Source: Eubacteriales bacterium (GTDB taxonomy: Bacteria > Bacillota > Clostridia > Lachnospirales > Lachnospiraceae). From it: a stretch of 64,000 nt of DNA. Below are positions 29,016-38,745 of the stretch, in pieces. The notes below the pieces were generated by a model, which was not told the origin of the DNA, did no database searches, and saw only the letters and a list, made by a program, of their open reading frames with translations. The position numbers and the translations under genes were made by a program. Each line of letters starts with the position of its first letter. Positions within the stretch are counted from its first letter, which is position 1. The stretch is from the NCBI GenBank assembly GCA_030526715.1, contig JAUNCG010000004.1:4932-68931 (forward strand). The letters are read 5' to 3'.

Positions 29016-30038
29016 ATGAAGAAGAGTGTAATCGTAACGGCTGCTACTGTTGCAGCACTGTCACTGGCAGCACTTGGCAGCACAGTATCTGCGGAAGATG
29101 TGAAGGTCGGTATCGTAACTGATGTCGGTGGTGTAAACGATGGTTCCTTTAACCAGTCTGCATGGGAAGGTCTGCAGAGAGCGCAGGATGAGCTCGGTAT
29201 CACAGCAAGCTATCTTGAGTCTGCTACAGATGCTGACTATATCCCGAATATCGAGACATTTGTAGATGAGGATTATGACATGATCATCTGCATCGGCTAT
29301 CAGCTGGCAGACGCTCTGCGTCAGGAGGCTGAGGCAAATCCGGATGTGAACTTTGCAATCGTTGATGATTCCACCAATGCGGATCTGGACAATGTTACCT
29401 GCCTGATGTTTGAACAGGCTCAGGCTTCCTATCTGGTTGGTTATGTAGCAGGTCTGGCTACAGAGAGCAATACCATCGGCTTCGTACTGGGTATGTCTAC
29501 AGATACCATGAACGAGTTCGGATATGGCTATTGCGCCGGCGCTCTGGATGCAAATCCGGATGTAAAGATCCTTCAGGCAAATGCAAACAGCTTCGCAGAT
29601 ACCGCAGCAGGTAAGACCGCAGCGAACAACATGATCGCTGACGGCGCTGACGTTATCTTCCATGCAGCAGGCGGTACAGGCCTTGGCGTGATCGATGCCT
29701 GCAAGGAGGCTGGTATCTGGGCAATCGGTGTGGACTCTGACCAGAGCCCGATCGCTCCGGAGACCATTCTTACTTCTGCTATGAAGCGTGTAGATAACTC
29801 TGTATATGATACAGCAAAGGCTGTTGTAGACGGCAATCTTGAGGCAGGCGTGAAGAGCTTCTCTCTTGAGGACGCAGGTGTAGATCTGGCTCCGACTACA
29901 GACAATCTGACAGATGAGATCCTGACCAAGGTAAACGAGGTGAAGGATCAGATCATCGCAGGTGAGGTTGTGGTTCCGAAGGATAAGGAGTCCTTTGAGG
30001 CAGCTCACGGCGAGGGTATCTACCAGTTAGCTGAATAA
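29016..30038 (+). CDS. BMP-family (Med/PnrA/NupN-like) ABC transporter nucleoside-binding protein
   Basis: Signal peptide followed by KVGIVTDVGGVNDGSFNQSAWEGL, the hallmark of the BMP family. Confidence 0.9.
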   Translation: MKKSVIVTAATVAALSLAALGSTVSAEDVKVGIVTDVGGVNDGSFNQSAWEGLQRAQDELGITASYLESATDADYIPNIETFVDEDYDMIICIGYQLADALRQEAEANPDVNFAIVDDSTNADLDNVTCLMFEQAQASYLVGYVAGLATESNTIGFVLGMSTDTMNEFGYGYCAGALDANPDVKILQANANSFADTAAGKTAANNMIADGADVIFHAAGGTGLGVIDACKEAGIWAIGVDSDQSPIAPETILTSAMKRVDNSVYDTAKAVVDGNLEAGVKSFSLEDAGVDLAPTTDNLTDEILTKVNEVKDQIIAGEVVVPKDKESFEAAHGEGIYQLAE

Positions 30039-30056
30039 TAGAGACTTACATGAGAT

Positions 30057-30084
30057 GGGCAGAGCGGATGCTCTGCCCGTTTAT
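30057..30084 (+). terminator. hairpin after the binding-protein gene (weak or partial terminator)
   Basis: GGGCAGAGC / GCTCTGCCC stem with a 4-nt loop. The tail is a poor U-tract (GTTTAT). Confidence 0.4.
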
Positions 30085-30230
30085 CATATGAACGTGTTTG
30101 CAGAGCGGAATTGCTTTTACACAGGAGATGTGCGCGGATTTGCTGTGTGGGAGCAAGGAATCCTGTCCGGGATCGGGGGATTTTCTATGAAAGAGATTTC
30201 GGACAGCCACAGAGGTAAATGGAGGAACAA

Positions 30231-31775
30231 ATGAGAGAGATTACGATGGAACGTGTGAATCAGGTGCGGGATGAGATTCTGGAGACAGTGAAGAGCGCGA
30301 CCCTTACACACGAACAAAAAGTAGCGGCATTGGCAAATAAGGCCGATTCTCTGATGGAAGTACTGAAGCTTCCCGAGGGTCTGGATGAGCTGATGAATCA
30401 GCCGATTGAGACAAAGTGTATCTGTGATCTGAGCGAAGGACGGGCACCGCTTCGTCCGCGTTATATTATCCCGGATTATGCAAAGTTTATGAGAGAGGGA
30501 AGTAAGTTTCTGCAGCTGGATCCGCCGAAGGATCTGTTTGAGGCGCTGAATTCTCTGTTGATCTTTTATAAGCATGTACCCAGTGTGACCAATTTCCCGG
30601 TATATCTTGGCGCATTGGATGAGCTGCTGGAGCCGTTTATTGACGATGTGGATGAGGCTATGGCGAAGAAGCTGCTGAAGCTTTTCATGATCCATATAGA
30701 TCGCACGATTCTGGACTCTTTTTCTCATGCGAATATAGGCCCAAAGGCGACGAAGGCCGGCCGGCTGCTGCTTGAGGTGGAGGCGGAGCTGGAGAACGCG
30801 GTTCCGAATCTGACTATGAAGTATGATGCGAGCATTACGCCGGATGATTTTGCGCTTCAGTGCGTGAAGACCGCGCTGAAGAGTGCGAAGCCGAGCTTTG
30901 CCAATCACGCAATGTTCAGCTCTGAGCTGACGGAAAATTATGTGATCGCCAGCTGCTACAACGGATTGAAGCTGGGAGGCGGTTCTTATACGCTTTGCCG
31001 TATGATCCTTGGAAATATCGCCAAGAGATCTGAGAATCTGGAGGACTTTAGGAAGAATCAGCTGCCCTATGTCATGCAGACGATGGCAGAGTATATGGAT
31101 GAGCGTATCCGCTTTGAGGTAGAAGAGAGCGGATTCTTCGAGCATAATTTCCTTGCTCGAGAGGGATTTATCCACAGAGATCAGTTCAGCGCCATGTTTG
31201 GAATGGTAGGCTTGGCGGAATGTGTGAATATCCTGATGGAGAAGGAGGGCAGAGCCGGAAGATTCGGACACAGCGAGGAGGCAGATCAGCTGGGTGTGAG
31301 TATCATGGAGCAGATCGATGAGTTTAACCGCAATCATGTGAACCCGTATTGTGAGGCTACCGGCGGACATTTTCTTCTGCATGCGCAGGTAGGGATCTCT
31401 GAGGATATCGAGATCTCTCCGGGAACCAGAATCCCGATCGGAGAAGAGCCGGATGAGCTGATCGATCATCTGAAGAACTGTGCAAAGTTTCACAAGTATT
31501 TTCCGTCCGGAACCGGGGATATCTTCCCCATCGATGTAACGGTACATCGCAATCCGGAGTTTGTATTAGATATCATCAAAGGCGCTTTTTCTGAGAATCT
31601 CCGCTATCTGTCCTTTTACTCATCCGACAGTGATGTGATAAGGATCACAGGCTATCTGGTGAAGCGCTCGGAGATCGAAAAACTGGAGAGCGGACAGGCG
31701 GTACTGCAGGATACCACCGCGCTCGGAATGGGAGCAAAGCAAAATGGCAAGATCCTTCAGCGAAAGGTGCGCTAA
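30231..31775 (+). CDS. yjjI: YjjI-family glycyl radical enzyme (DUF3029; reaction unknown)
   Basis: About 514 aa. C-terminal glycyl-radical fingerprint VIRITGYLV (Gly codon 31650-31652). The size and N-terminal sequence resemble E. coli YjjI. A cognate activase gene overlaps the 3' end. The ATG at 30231 follows GGAGGA; an alternative ATG lies at 30219. Confidence 0.75.
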   Translation: MREITMERVNQVRDEILETVKSATLTHEQKVAALANKADSLMEVLKLPEGLDELMNQPIETKCICDLSEGRAPLRPRYIIPDYAKFMREGSKFLQLDPPKDLFEALNSLLIFYKHVPSVTNFPVYLGALDELLEPFIDDVDEAMAKKLLKLFMIHIDRTILDSFSHANIGPKATKAGRLLLEVEAELENAVPNLTMKYDASITPDDFALQCVKTALKSAKPSFANHAMFSSELTENYVIASCYNGLKLGGGSYTLCRMILGNIAKRSENLEDFRKNQLPYVMQTMAEYMDERIRFEVEESGFFEHNFLAREGFIHRDQFSAMFGMVGLAECVNILMEKEGRAGRFGHSEEADQLGVSIMEQIDEFNRNHVNPYCEATGGHFLLHAQVGISEDIEISPGTRIPIGEEPDELIDHLKNCAKFHKYFPSGTGDIFPIDVTVHRNPEFVLDIIKGAFSENLRYLSFYSSDSDVIRITGYLVKRSEIEKLESGQAVLQDTTALGMGAKQNGKILQRKVR

Positions 31776-32610
31776 AGCGCCGGTCAACAAGATCATCCCG
31801 TTTAGTTCGGTGGATGGTCCCGGGAATCGGACGGCGGTGTTTCTGCAGGGATGTAATTTTGACTGCAGATATTGCCATAATCCGGAGACCAGAAGGCTGT
31901 GTATCGCCTGCGGAGATTGTGTGGATCGCTGTCCGGCGAAGGCGCTCAGGCTGCAGGCGGGAGAAGTGCTGTTTGATCCTGCAAAATGCTGTGGCTGCGA
32001 TACATGCATCAGAACCTGTACATATGACAGCAGTCCCCGTATTCGATGGATGGATGCACAGGAGACCTTTGCGGAGGTGAAAAAACAGATGCCCTATATC
32101 CGCGGCGTGACGGTGTCTGGCGGTGAGTGTACGCTGTATCCGCAGTTTCTGAAGGAATTGTTTGCGCTATGCCATGACGCGGGACTGAGTACGCTGATCG
32201 ACAGCAACGGGACACTGGACTTTCGCGCGCATCCCGAACTTCTGGCGCAGACGGACGGAGTTATGCTGGATATCAAGGCGTGGAGCAGAGAGGATCATGA
32301 GAGGGTTACGGGCAGCGACAACGAGCTCGTCCTGAGAAACGCGGTATATCTGGCGGAGCGCGGGCAGTTGACAGAGGTGCGCACGGTGATCGTTCCGGAG
32401 CTGTTTGACACGGCCGGTACGGTGGAGGAGACGGCAAAGCTGCTGGCGCCTTACCGGACTAGGGGAGAGATAAGATATAAGCTGATCACCTACCGTCCGA
32501 TGGGAGTCAGAGAACAATATGCACATAGTCGTGTACCGCAAAATGAGGAGATGGAGAAACTGCGGGCGATTGCGATCACACAGGGCCTGAAGGACGTAGT
32601 GATCGTCTGA
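31744..32610 (+). CDS. yjjW: YjjW-family glycyl-radical enzyme activating protein (radical SAM)
   Basis: CNFDCRYC (CX3CX2C, 31852-31875). Ferredoxin-like inserts CIACGDCVDRC and CCGCDTCIRTC. A GGEC motif. Overlaps yjjI by 32 nt. Confidence 0.8.
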   Translation: MARSFSERCAKAPVNKIIPFSSVDGPGNRTAVFLQGCNFDCRYCHNPETRRLCIACGDCVDRCPAKALRLQAGEVLFDPAKCCGCDTCIRTCTYDSSPRIRWMDAQETFAEVKKQMPYIRGVTVSGGECTLYPQFLKELFALCHDAGLSTLIDSNGTLDFRAHPELLAQTDGVMLDIKAWSREDHERVTGSDNELVLRNAVYLAERGQLTEVRTVIVPELFDTAGTVEETAKLLAPYRTRGEIRYKLITYRPMGVREQYAHSRVPQNEEMEKLRAIAITQGLKDVVIV

Positions 32611-32640
32611 GTATGCAGGATATAAGAAGGAGGAAAGACA

Positions 32641-34185
32641 GTGGCGAAGCAAAGTAATGTGGATACGAGCAGCGTTGTTATTCGCATGAAGGATATCGTA
32701 AAGACGTTCGGTTCCTTTGTAGCAAATGATCATATCAACCTGACGGTTCACAAGGGAGAGGTACATGCTATTCTCGGTGAGAATGGCGCGGGTAAGAGTA
32801 CATTGATGAACGTACTTTACGGATTATATCATCCAACGTCCGGAAGTATTGAGATCAACGGGAATGAGGTGCGGATCGACAGCCCGCAGAAGGCGATTGA
32901 GCTGGGTATCGGTATGGTTCACCAGCATTTTATGCTGGTACAGCCCTTTACGGTGACGGAGAATATTATTCTCGGTACGGAACCGACCAAGGGGATGGTG
33001 GTAGATACGAAGAAGGCTCGTGAAAAGATCGTGGAGCTGTCTGAGCGATATAATCTGAAGGTGGATCCGGATGCGAAGATCGAGGATATCTCTGTAGGTA
33101 TGCAGCAGCGCGTAGAGATCCTGAAGGTATTGTATCGTAATGCTGAGCATCTGATTCTGGATGAGCCGACGGCTTCTCTGACCCCGCAGGAGATCACAGA
33201 GCTGATCGATATTATCCATCACCTGACCGCCGACGGCAAATCGGTCATCCTGATCACCCATAAGCTGAAGGAGATCAAGGCGGCGGCAGATTTCTGTACC
33301 ATTATTCGCCGCGGTAAATATATCAACACCGTGAAGGTCAGCGAGTGCGATGAAAATCAGCTTGCGGCCATGATGGTAGGAAGAGATGTAGAATTTAAGG
33401 TAGAGAAAAAGGAGATGAATCCGGGCGAGGTGGTTCTGGATGTGAGGGAGCTTCGCGCAAAGGACTATCGCCATGTGGAGATCCTGAAGGGTCTGAATCT
33501 GTCCGTGCGCCGGGGCGAGATTGTTGGTCTGGCAGGCGTGGACGGCAACGGTCAGTCCGAGCTGGTAGAGATTATCACGGGGCTGCGCAAAGCGGAGTCC
33601 GGTGAGATCACCATGCATGGCGAGAGCATTTATAATACTACACCGAAGCAGGCCTTTGAGAAGGGCGTGACCAGTATTCCGGAGGATCGCCAGAAGCATG
33701 GACTGGTACTGGACTTCTCCGTTTCGGAGAATCTGATCCTGCAGAACTTTGCCAAGGCGCCATATGCGAAGCATGGTATTTTGCAGAAGAACGCGATCGA
33801 ACAGCATGCTACGGAGATGATCGAGAAGTTTGATATTCGCCCGTCTGGCTGCAATCAGCGTCTGGCAGGCGAGCTCTCCGGCGGTAACCAGCAGAAGGTT
33901 ATCATTGCGCGAGAGGTGACCAATGATTCGGATTTGCTGATCGCAGTGAACCCGACCCGCGGACTTGATGTGGGAGCGATTGAATTTGTCCACAAATATC
34001 TGGTAGAGCAGCGTAATAAGAACAAAGCGATCCTTCTGGTATCCTTTGAGCTGGATGAGATCATGAGCCTGTCCGACAGAATTGAGGTCATCTTTGACGG
34101 TCAGATCGTGGGAAGCGTGGCTGGCAAGGGCGCGGATGAGAAGGAATTAGGATTTATGATGGCGGGAGGTGTGAAGCATGAATAA
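32641..34185 (+). CDS. nucleoside-type ABC transporter ATP-binding protein (tandem ATPase; NupO/RnsB-like)
   Basis: 514 aa with two ABC cassettes (GENGAGKST, LSVGMQQRVEIL, LSGGNQQKV). GTG start after AGGAGG. Confidence 0.9.
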   Translation: MAKQSNVDTSSVVIRMKDIVKTFGSFVANDHINLTVHKGEVHAILGENGAGKSTLMNVLYGLYHPTSGSIEINGNEVRIDSPQKAIELGIGMVHQHFMLVQPFTVTENIILGTEPTKGMVVDTKKAREKIVELSERYNLKVDPDAKIEDISVGMQQRVEILKVLYRNAEHLILDEPTASLTPQEITELIDIIHHLTADGKSVILITHKLKEIKAAADFCTIIRRGKYINTVKVSECDENQLAAMMVGRDVEFKVEKKEMNPGEVVLDVRELRAKDYRHVEILKGLNLSVRRGEIVGLAGVDGNGQSELVEIITGLRKAESGEITMHGESIYNTTPKQAFEKGVTSIPEDRQKHGLVLDFSVSENLILQNFAKAPYAKHGILQKNAIEQHATEMIEKFDIRPSGCNQRLAGELSGGNQQKVIIAREVTNDSDLLIAVNPTRGLDVGAIEFVHKYLVEQRNKNKAILLVSFELDEIMSLSDRIEVIFDGQIVGSVAGKGADEKELGFMMAGGVKHE

Positions 34186-35257
34186 GAAAAAGGGAATTCT
34201 GAACAGCAATGCGCTTTATACCTTTATTGCGATCAGTGTGGGCTTCCTTGTGGGAGCAATTCTTCTGATGCTTGCGGGTATCAGCCCGGCGGAGGCTTAC
34301 GGGAAGCTGATCACCGGCGTATTCGGTAAGCCGAAGTTCGTGACATGGAGCATCGTATATGCGGCTCCGCTGATCCTGACCGGCCTGAGCGTGGCATTTT
34401 CCTTCCGTACAGGCGTATTTAATATCGGTGCGGAGGGACAGTTTGTAGTCGGCTCTCTGGCAGCCTGTGTGGTCGGTATTCTGGTAAAGGCTCCGGCACC
34501 GATCCATATTTTACTGTGTATCGTAGCAGCTATGGCGGCGGGAGCGCTCTGGGGCGCTATCGTGGGCTTACTCAAGGTAATGCGCGGTGTGAACGAGGTG
34601 CTTTCCTATATCATGTTCAACTGGATCGCATTCTATTTATCCAACTATGTAGTGAATCTTGCGATCATCCACAGAGAGGGCGGCGGCGAGGCTACCAAGG
34701 ATGTGGCGGATACGGCACGTATCATGGCACCGAAGGCGATCGTGGAGCTGACGAGCTGTACAGCGGCCAACTGGGGCATCGTGATGGCGATTGCCGCGGC
34801 CGTGGTGATCTGGTTCATTATTTCCAAGACGACGCTGGGTTATCAGCTTCGCTCTGTCGGATTCAGCAGGACTGCAGCAGAGTATGCGGGTATTAACACG
34901 AACAGGATGTTTCTTACTGCGATGGCGATCTCAGGCGCTATGGCCGGACTTGGCGGAGCGGTGCAGACGCTGGGAATGTCCGGACGTATCAGTCAGTTCA
35001 GCAGTCAGGAGCAGTTCGGCTTTCAGGGCATTACGGTAGCGCTGATCGGTTCCTCCAATCCGATCGGATGTATTTTTGCGGGACTGTTTTACGGCGCTAT
35101 GAAATATGGCGGCACAAAGCTCAGTCTGGTAAATGCGCCGTCAGAGGTAGTAGATATCATCATGGGTACGATCATCATTTTCATCGCAGTATCCCATGTA
35201 TTTAAGATGCTTGTACTTGAAAAAGCAGGAAAGAAGAAAGGAGGAGCACAGGCATGA
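34178..35257 (+). CDS. ABC transporter permease (NupP/RnsC-like)
   Basis: 359 aa, polytopic, with an FNIGAEGQF motif. Overlaps the ATPase gene by 8 nt. Confidence 0.85.
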   Translation: MNKKKGILNSNALYTFIAISVGFLVGAILLMLAGISPAEAYGKLITGVFGKPKFVTWSIVYAAPLILTGLSVAFSFRTGVFNIGAEGQFVVGSLAACVVGILVKAPAPIHILLCIVAAMAAGALWGAIVGLLKVMRGVNEVLSYIMFNWIAFYLSNYVVNLAIIHREGGGEATKDVADTARIMAPKAIVELTSCTAANWGIVMAIAAAVVIWFIISKTTLGYQLRSVGFSRTAAEYAGINTNRMFLTAMAISGAMAGLGGAVQTLGMSGRISQFSSQEQFGFQGITVALIGSSNPIGCIFAGLFYGAMKYGGTKLSLVNAPSEVVDIIMGTIIIFIAVSHVFKMLVLEKAGKKKGGAQA

Positions 35258-36189
35258 ATGTACTTATCAAAGATCTTGGACTCTTGATCAATGCGATGCT
35301 GATCGCAACCCCTCCGCTGCTGTTTGCAGCTCTCGGATCCTGTTTTTCGGAGCGAAGCGGAGTTGTCAATATCGGAATTGAGGGTATGATGACCATCGGT
35401 GCATTCACCGGTGCGGTGGTAGCGTATTTTACAGGCAACGGCTGGCTGGGCTTCCTGTGCGGCGGCCTTGCAGGAGCGGCTTTTGGACTGCTTCATGCCG
35501 TGGCATGTATTTCCTATGGCGCAGATCAGACGATCTCAGGCACAGCCATCAATTTTCTGGCTCCGGGACTGGCCGTATTTCTGTGCAAAGCGCTGTTTGA
35601 AAATTCCTCAGATTCTCCGGCACTGGACACGGCTGCAAAGCTTCCGAAGATGTTCAACGGCGTTTTTAAGGCAGGCTCCTTCGGCTATAATGTTCTGAAT
35701 ACTTATCCGGTGGCCTATCTGTGCTTTGTACTGGTGCTGGTCGTATGGTTTGTATTCTATAAGACAAAATTCGGCATGCGTCTGCGTGCGGTGGGCGAGC
35801 ATCCGCAGGCATGCGCGACGCTGGGTATCAACGTATTCCGTATTCGCTATATCTGCGTGATCGTATCCGGCTTCCTTGCGGGGCTCGGCGGTGCGTACGT
35901 GACACTGTCTACCGTAAGCCAGTTCCGCCCGAGTGTGATCGTGGGACAGGGCTTTATCGCAATCGCAGCGGTAATCTTCGGTAACTTTAAGCCACAGGGC
36001 GCCATGAAGGCGTGTTTGCTGTTCGGATTGTGCAACGGTGTGAAGGCGCTGCTTGGTTCGGGCAATGTGGTTTCTCCGCATCTGATCTCCATGATCCCGT
36101 ATCTGGTGACGATTCTGGCTCTGGTGTTCTTTGTAGGGGCTTCCAGAGTACCTGCGGCGAATGGTAAGCCGTTCCTGAAAGCAAAATAA
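35254..36189 (+). CDS. ABC transporter permease (NupQ/RnsD-like)
   Basis: 311 aa, polytopic, with a VNIGIEGMM motif. ATGA overlap with the preceding gene. Confidence 0.85.
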   Translation: MNVLIKDLGLLINAMLIATPPLLFAALGSCFSERSGVVNIGIEGMMTIGAFTGAVVAYFTGNGWLGFLCGGLAGAAFGLLHAVACISYGADQTISGTAINFLAPGLAVFLCKALFENSSDSPALDTAAKLPKMFNGVFKAGSFGYNVLNTYPVAYLCFVLVLVVWFVFYKTKFGMRLRAVGEHPQACATLGINVFRIRYICVIVSGFLAGLGGAYVTLSTVSQFRPSVIVGQGFIAIAAVIFGNFKPQGAMKACLLFGLCNGVKALLGSGNVVSPHLISMIPYLVTILALVFFVGASRVPAANGKPFLKAK

Positions 36190-36201
36190 TGTGTATAAGT
36201 G

Positions 36202-36240
36202 AGCCGGGGTATGGCAGATACCCCGGCTTATCATTTTTTT
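36202..36240 (+). terminator. Rho-independent terminator ending the nucleoside transporter operon
   Basis: AGCCGGGGTAT / ATACCCCGGCT stem followed by TATCATTTTTTT. Confidence 0.8.
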
Positions 36241-36277
36241 CGATAAGGAAATTGTAAAAAACTGAAGCCGTTCTGCA

Positions 36278-36306
36278 TTGACAAAGAGAGGATTTTAGGC
36301 TATCAT
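36278..36306 (+). promoter_or_regulatory. sigma-A-type promoter for the amino-acid ABC operon
   Basis: TTGACA, 17-nt spacer, TATCAT. Confidence 0.5.
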
Positions 36307-36355
36307 TTTAAATAGTTAACGCAATAAAGTATATAAATGTGTAGGAGGATTGTAG

Positions 36356-37153
36356 ATGATGAAGATGAGAAATGTACTGATGCTTACTGCAGCCGCAGCG
36401 ATTGCATGCTCCGCTCTGACGGTAAACGCAGAGGATGCCAAGACATGGGTAGTTGCTACGGATACCGTATTCCGTCCGTTTGAGTACACGGATGAGAACG
36501 GTGACTTTGTCGGAATTGATGTGGATATTCTGGCTGCTATCGCAGAGGATCAGGGATTCGAATATGAGCTGAACAGCCTTGGCTGGGATGCGGCTATCGC
36601 AGCGTGTCAGGCAGGTCAGGCAGACGGTATGATCGCCGGCGCTTCCATTACGGATGAGAGAAAAGAGAGCGGATGGATCTTCTCCGATGGCTACTATGAT
36701 GCTACGCAGACCATGACGGTAAAGGAGAATTCCGATATCGCAGGCTTTGAGGATCTTGAGGGTAAGATGGTAGGCGTTAAGACCGGTACGCAGGGAGCTG
36801 CATATGCGGAGAGCCTGAAGGATGAGTATAAGTTTGATATCACCTATTTCGAGGATTCACCGACGATGTATCAGGCGGTTGACGGTGGTCAGGTAGTAGC
36901 ATGCTTTGAGGATACGCCGATCATGCTGGATTCCATCAAGCAGAACGGTCTTGCGCTGAAGGTTCTTGAGGATACAGCGAATGACGGAGCGCCGTATGGC
37001 TTTGCTGTATTTACAGAGGATAGTCAGGAGCTTGTAGATATGTTCAATGCCGGTCTGGAGAACATCAAGAAGAACGGCACCTATGATGAGATCATCGAGA
37101 AGTATCTTGGCGCAGCGGATGCAGAGGCAGAGAGTGAGACAGAGGCAGAGTAA
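36356..37153 (+). CDS. amino acid ABC transporter substrate-binding protein (family 3)
   Basis: Signal peptide, then ATDTVFRPFEY, GIDVDIL and DGMIAGASIT motifs. Confidence 0.85.
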   Translation: MMKMRNVLMLTAAAAIACSALTVNAEDAKTWVVATDTVFRPFEYTDENGDFVGIDVDILAAIAEDQGFEYELNSLGWDAAIAACQAGQADGMIAGASITDERKESGWIFSDGYYDATQTMTVKENSDIAGFEDLEGKMVGVKTGTQGAAYAESLKDEYKFDITYFEDSPTMYQAVDGGQVVACFEDTPIMLDSIKQNGLALKVLEDTANDGAPYGFAVFTEDSQELVDMFNAGLENIKKNGTYDEIIEKYLGAADAEAESETEAE

Positions 37154-37225
37154 GACGCAGGAAGCTGCGACTAAGACTGCTTTGCCGGATCGACGGTGAT
37201 CCGGGAATGAGTAATTGCTGATCAA

Positions 37226-37260
37226 GGGGCACTGAATGAGAGTTTCAGCGCCCCGTTTTG
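37226..37260 (+). terminator. intra-operon hairpin/attenuator after the binding-protein gene
   Basis: GGGGCACTGAA / TTCAGCGCCCC stem (one mismatch) followed by GTTTTG. Confidence 0.45.
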
Positions 37261-37320
37261 TAATGTATATCTAAGAAACAGAAAAGAGAGGAATCTGATA
37301 TCTGTTGAAAGGAGTTATGG

Positions 37321-37989
37321 ATGGCTTTAATATTGACAAAGTACGGAGGACTGCTTCTGCAGGCGATGGGGCAGACGTTGCTGTTGGCTCTGTGGGGACT
37401 GTTTTTTGCGTGTATCCTCGGTATGATTCTGGGATTGATGAGCGTGGTTCGCAACACGGTATGCAACATCATTGCGATGATATTTGTAGATGCGATCCGC
37501 AGTGTTCCCATGATCGTGCTTGCATATTTTATTTTCTTTGGCGTGCCCTACGCGTTAAACAACATGATGGGGATGTCCTTTACGCTGACAGCTCTGCAGG
37601 CAGGTACGGTTGCGCTGGCACTGAACTGCGGCGCATATATGGCGGAGATCATCCGTGCGGGTATCCAGTCTGTGGACAAGGGACAGATGGAAGCGGCGAG
37701 AAGCCTTGGCCTGCCCTACTGGCGCGCGATGCAGAGAGTAGTACTGCCTCAGGCGATCCGTACCATGATCCCAAGTATCGTGAACCAGTTTATCATCACG
37801 CTCAAGGATACCTCGATCCTGTCGGTCATCGGTTTCCCCGAGCTGGTAAATACTGCGAAGAACGTCATTGCGAATACCTTTAAATCCTTTCAGGTATGGG
37901 CGATCGTCGCAGTGATGTATATGATCATTATTCTCACCTTGTCCAAGCTGGCGAAGGTGCTGGAGAGGAGGCTGAACCGTGGCCGCTAA
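37321..37989 (+). CDS. amino acid ABC transporter permease (His/Glu/Gln/Arg/opine family)
   Basis: 222 aa with the EAA loop: [23 protein letters not shown]. Confidence 0.9.
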   Translation: MALILTKYGGLLLQAMGQTLLLALWGLFFACILGMILGLMSVVRNTVCNIIAMIFVDAIRSVPMIVLAYFIFFGVPYALNNMMGMSFTLTALQAGTVALALNCGAYMAEIIRAGIQSVDKGQMEAARSLGLPYWRAMQRVVLPQAIRTMIPSIVNQFIITLKDTSILSVIGFPELVNTAKNVIANTFKSFQVWAIVAVMYMIIILTLSKLAKVLERRLNRGR

Positions 37990-38725
37990 TAAGGAAAAAG
38001 TGAAAATCCATGTTTCTCATCTGAAAAAAAGCTTTGGTAAACTGGAGGTTTTGAAGGATATTTCCACAGATATCTATGAGGGAGAAGTGGTGGTAATACT
38101 GGGACCCTCCGGCAGCGGAAAATCTACATTTCTGCGCTGCCTGAATCAGCTGGAGGAGATCACGGCGGGCGACGCTGTGGTGGACGGAGTGAACGTCGCA
38201 CATAAGAATATCAATATCAACAAGGTGCGTGAGAACATCGGTATGGTATTCCAGCATTTCAATCTGTTCGGGAATATGAACGTGCTTCGAAATCTGATGC
38301 TTGCTCCGGTGGATCTGAAAAAGGCAGGCAAGGCAGAGGCGAAGGAGCAGGCTATGGCGATGCTTCGCAAGGTCGGCATGGAGGAAAAAGCGGAAGCCTA
38401 TCCGTCACAGCTCTCCGGCGGACAGAAGCAGCGCGTGGCGATCGCACGGGCGCTCTGCATGAAGCCGGATATCATGCTCTTTGACGAGCCGACCAGCGCG
38501 CTGGATCCGGAGATGGTAGGAGAGGTATTGCAGGTCATGAAGGATCTTGCGGCAGACGGCATGACGATGGTGATCGTGACCCATGAGATCGGATTTGCCC
38601 GTGAGGTGGCGGATCGCGTGATCTTTATGGACGGCGGCTATATCGTGGAGGAGGGGACACCGCAGGAGGTGATCCTGAATCCGAAAGAGCCGCGAACCAT
38701 AGATTTCCTGAACAAAGTATTGTAA
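37979..38725 (+). CDS. amino acid ABC transporter ATP-binding protein (GlnQ-like)
   Basis: Walker [10 protein letters not shown], signature [15 protein letters not shown], Walker [15 protein letters not shown] start that overlaps the permease gene. Confidence 0.9.
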   Translation: MAANKEKVKIHVSHLKKSFGKLEVLKDISTDIYEGEVVVILGPSGSGKSTFLRCLNQLEEITAGDAVVDGVNVAHKNININKVRENIGMVFQHFNLFGNMNVLRNLMLAPVDLKKAGKAEAKEQAMAMLRKVGMEEKAEAYPSQLSGGQKQRVAIARALCMKPDIMLFDEPTSALDPEMVGEVLQVMKDLAADGMTMVIVTHEIGFAREVADRVIFMDGGYIVEEGTPQEVILNPKEPRTIDFLNKVL

Positions 38726-38745
38726 GTTGCCGGAGGAGCAAAGAG

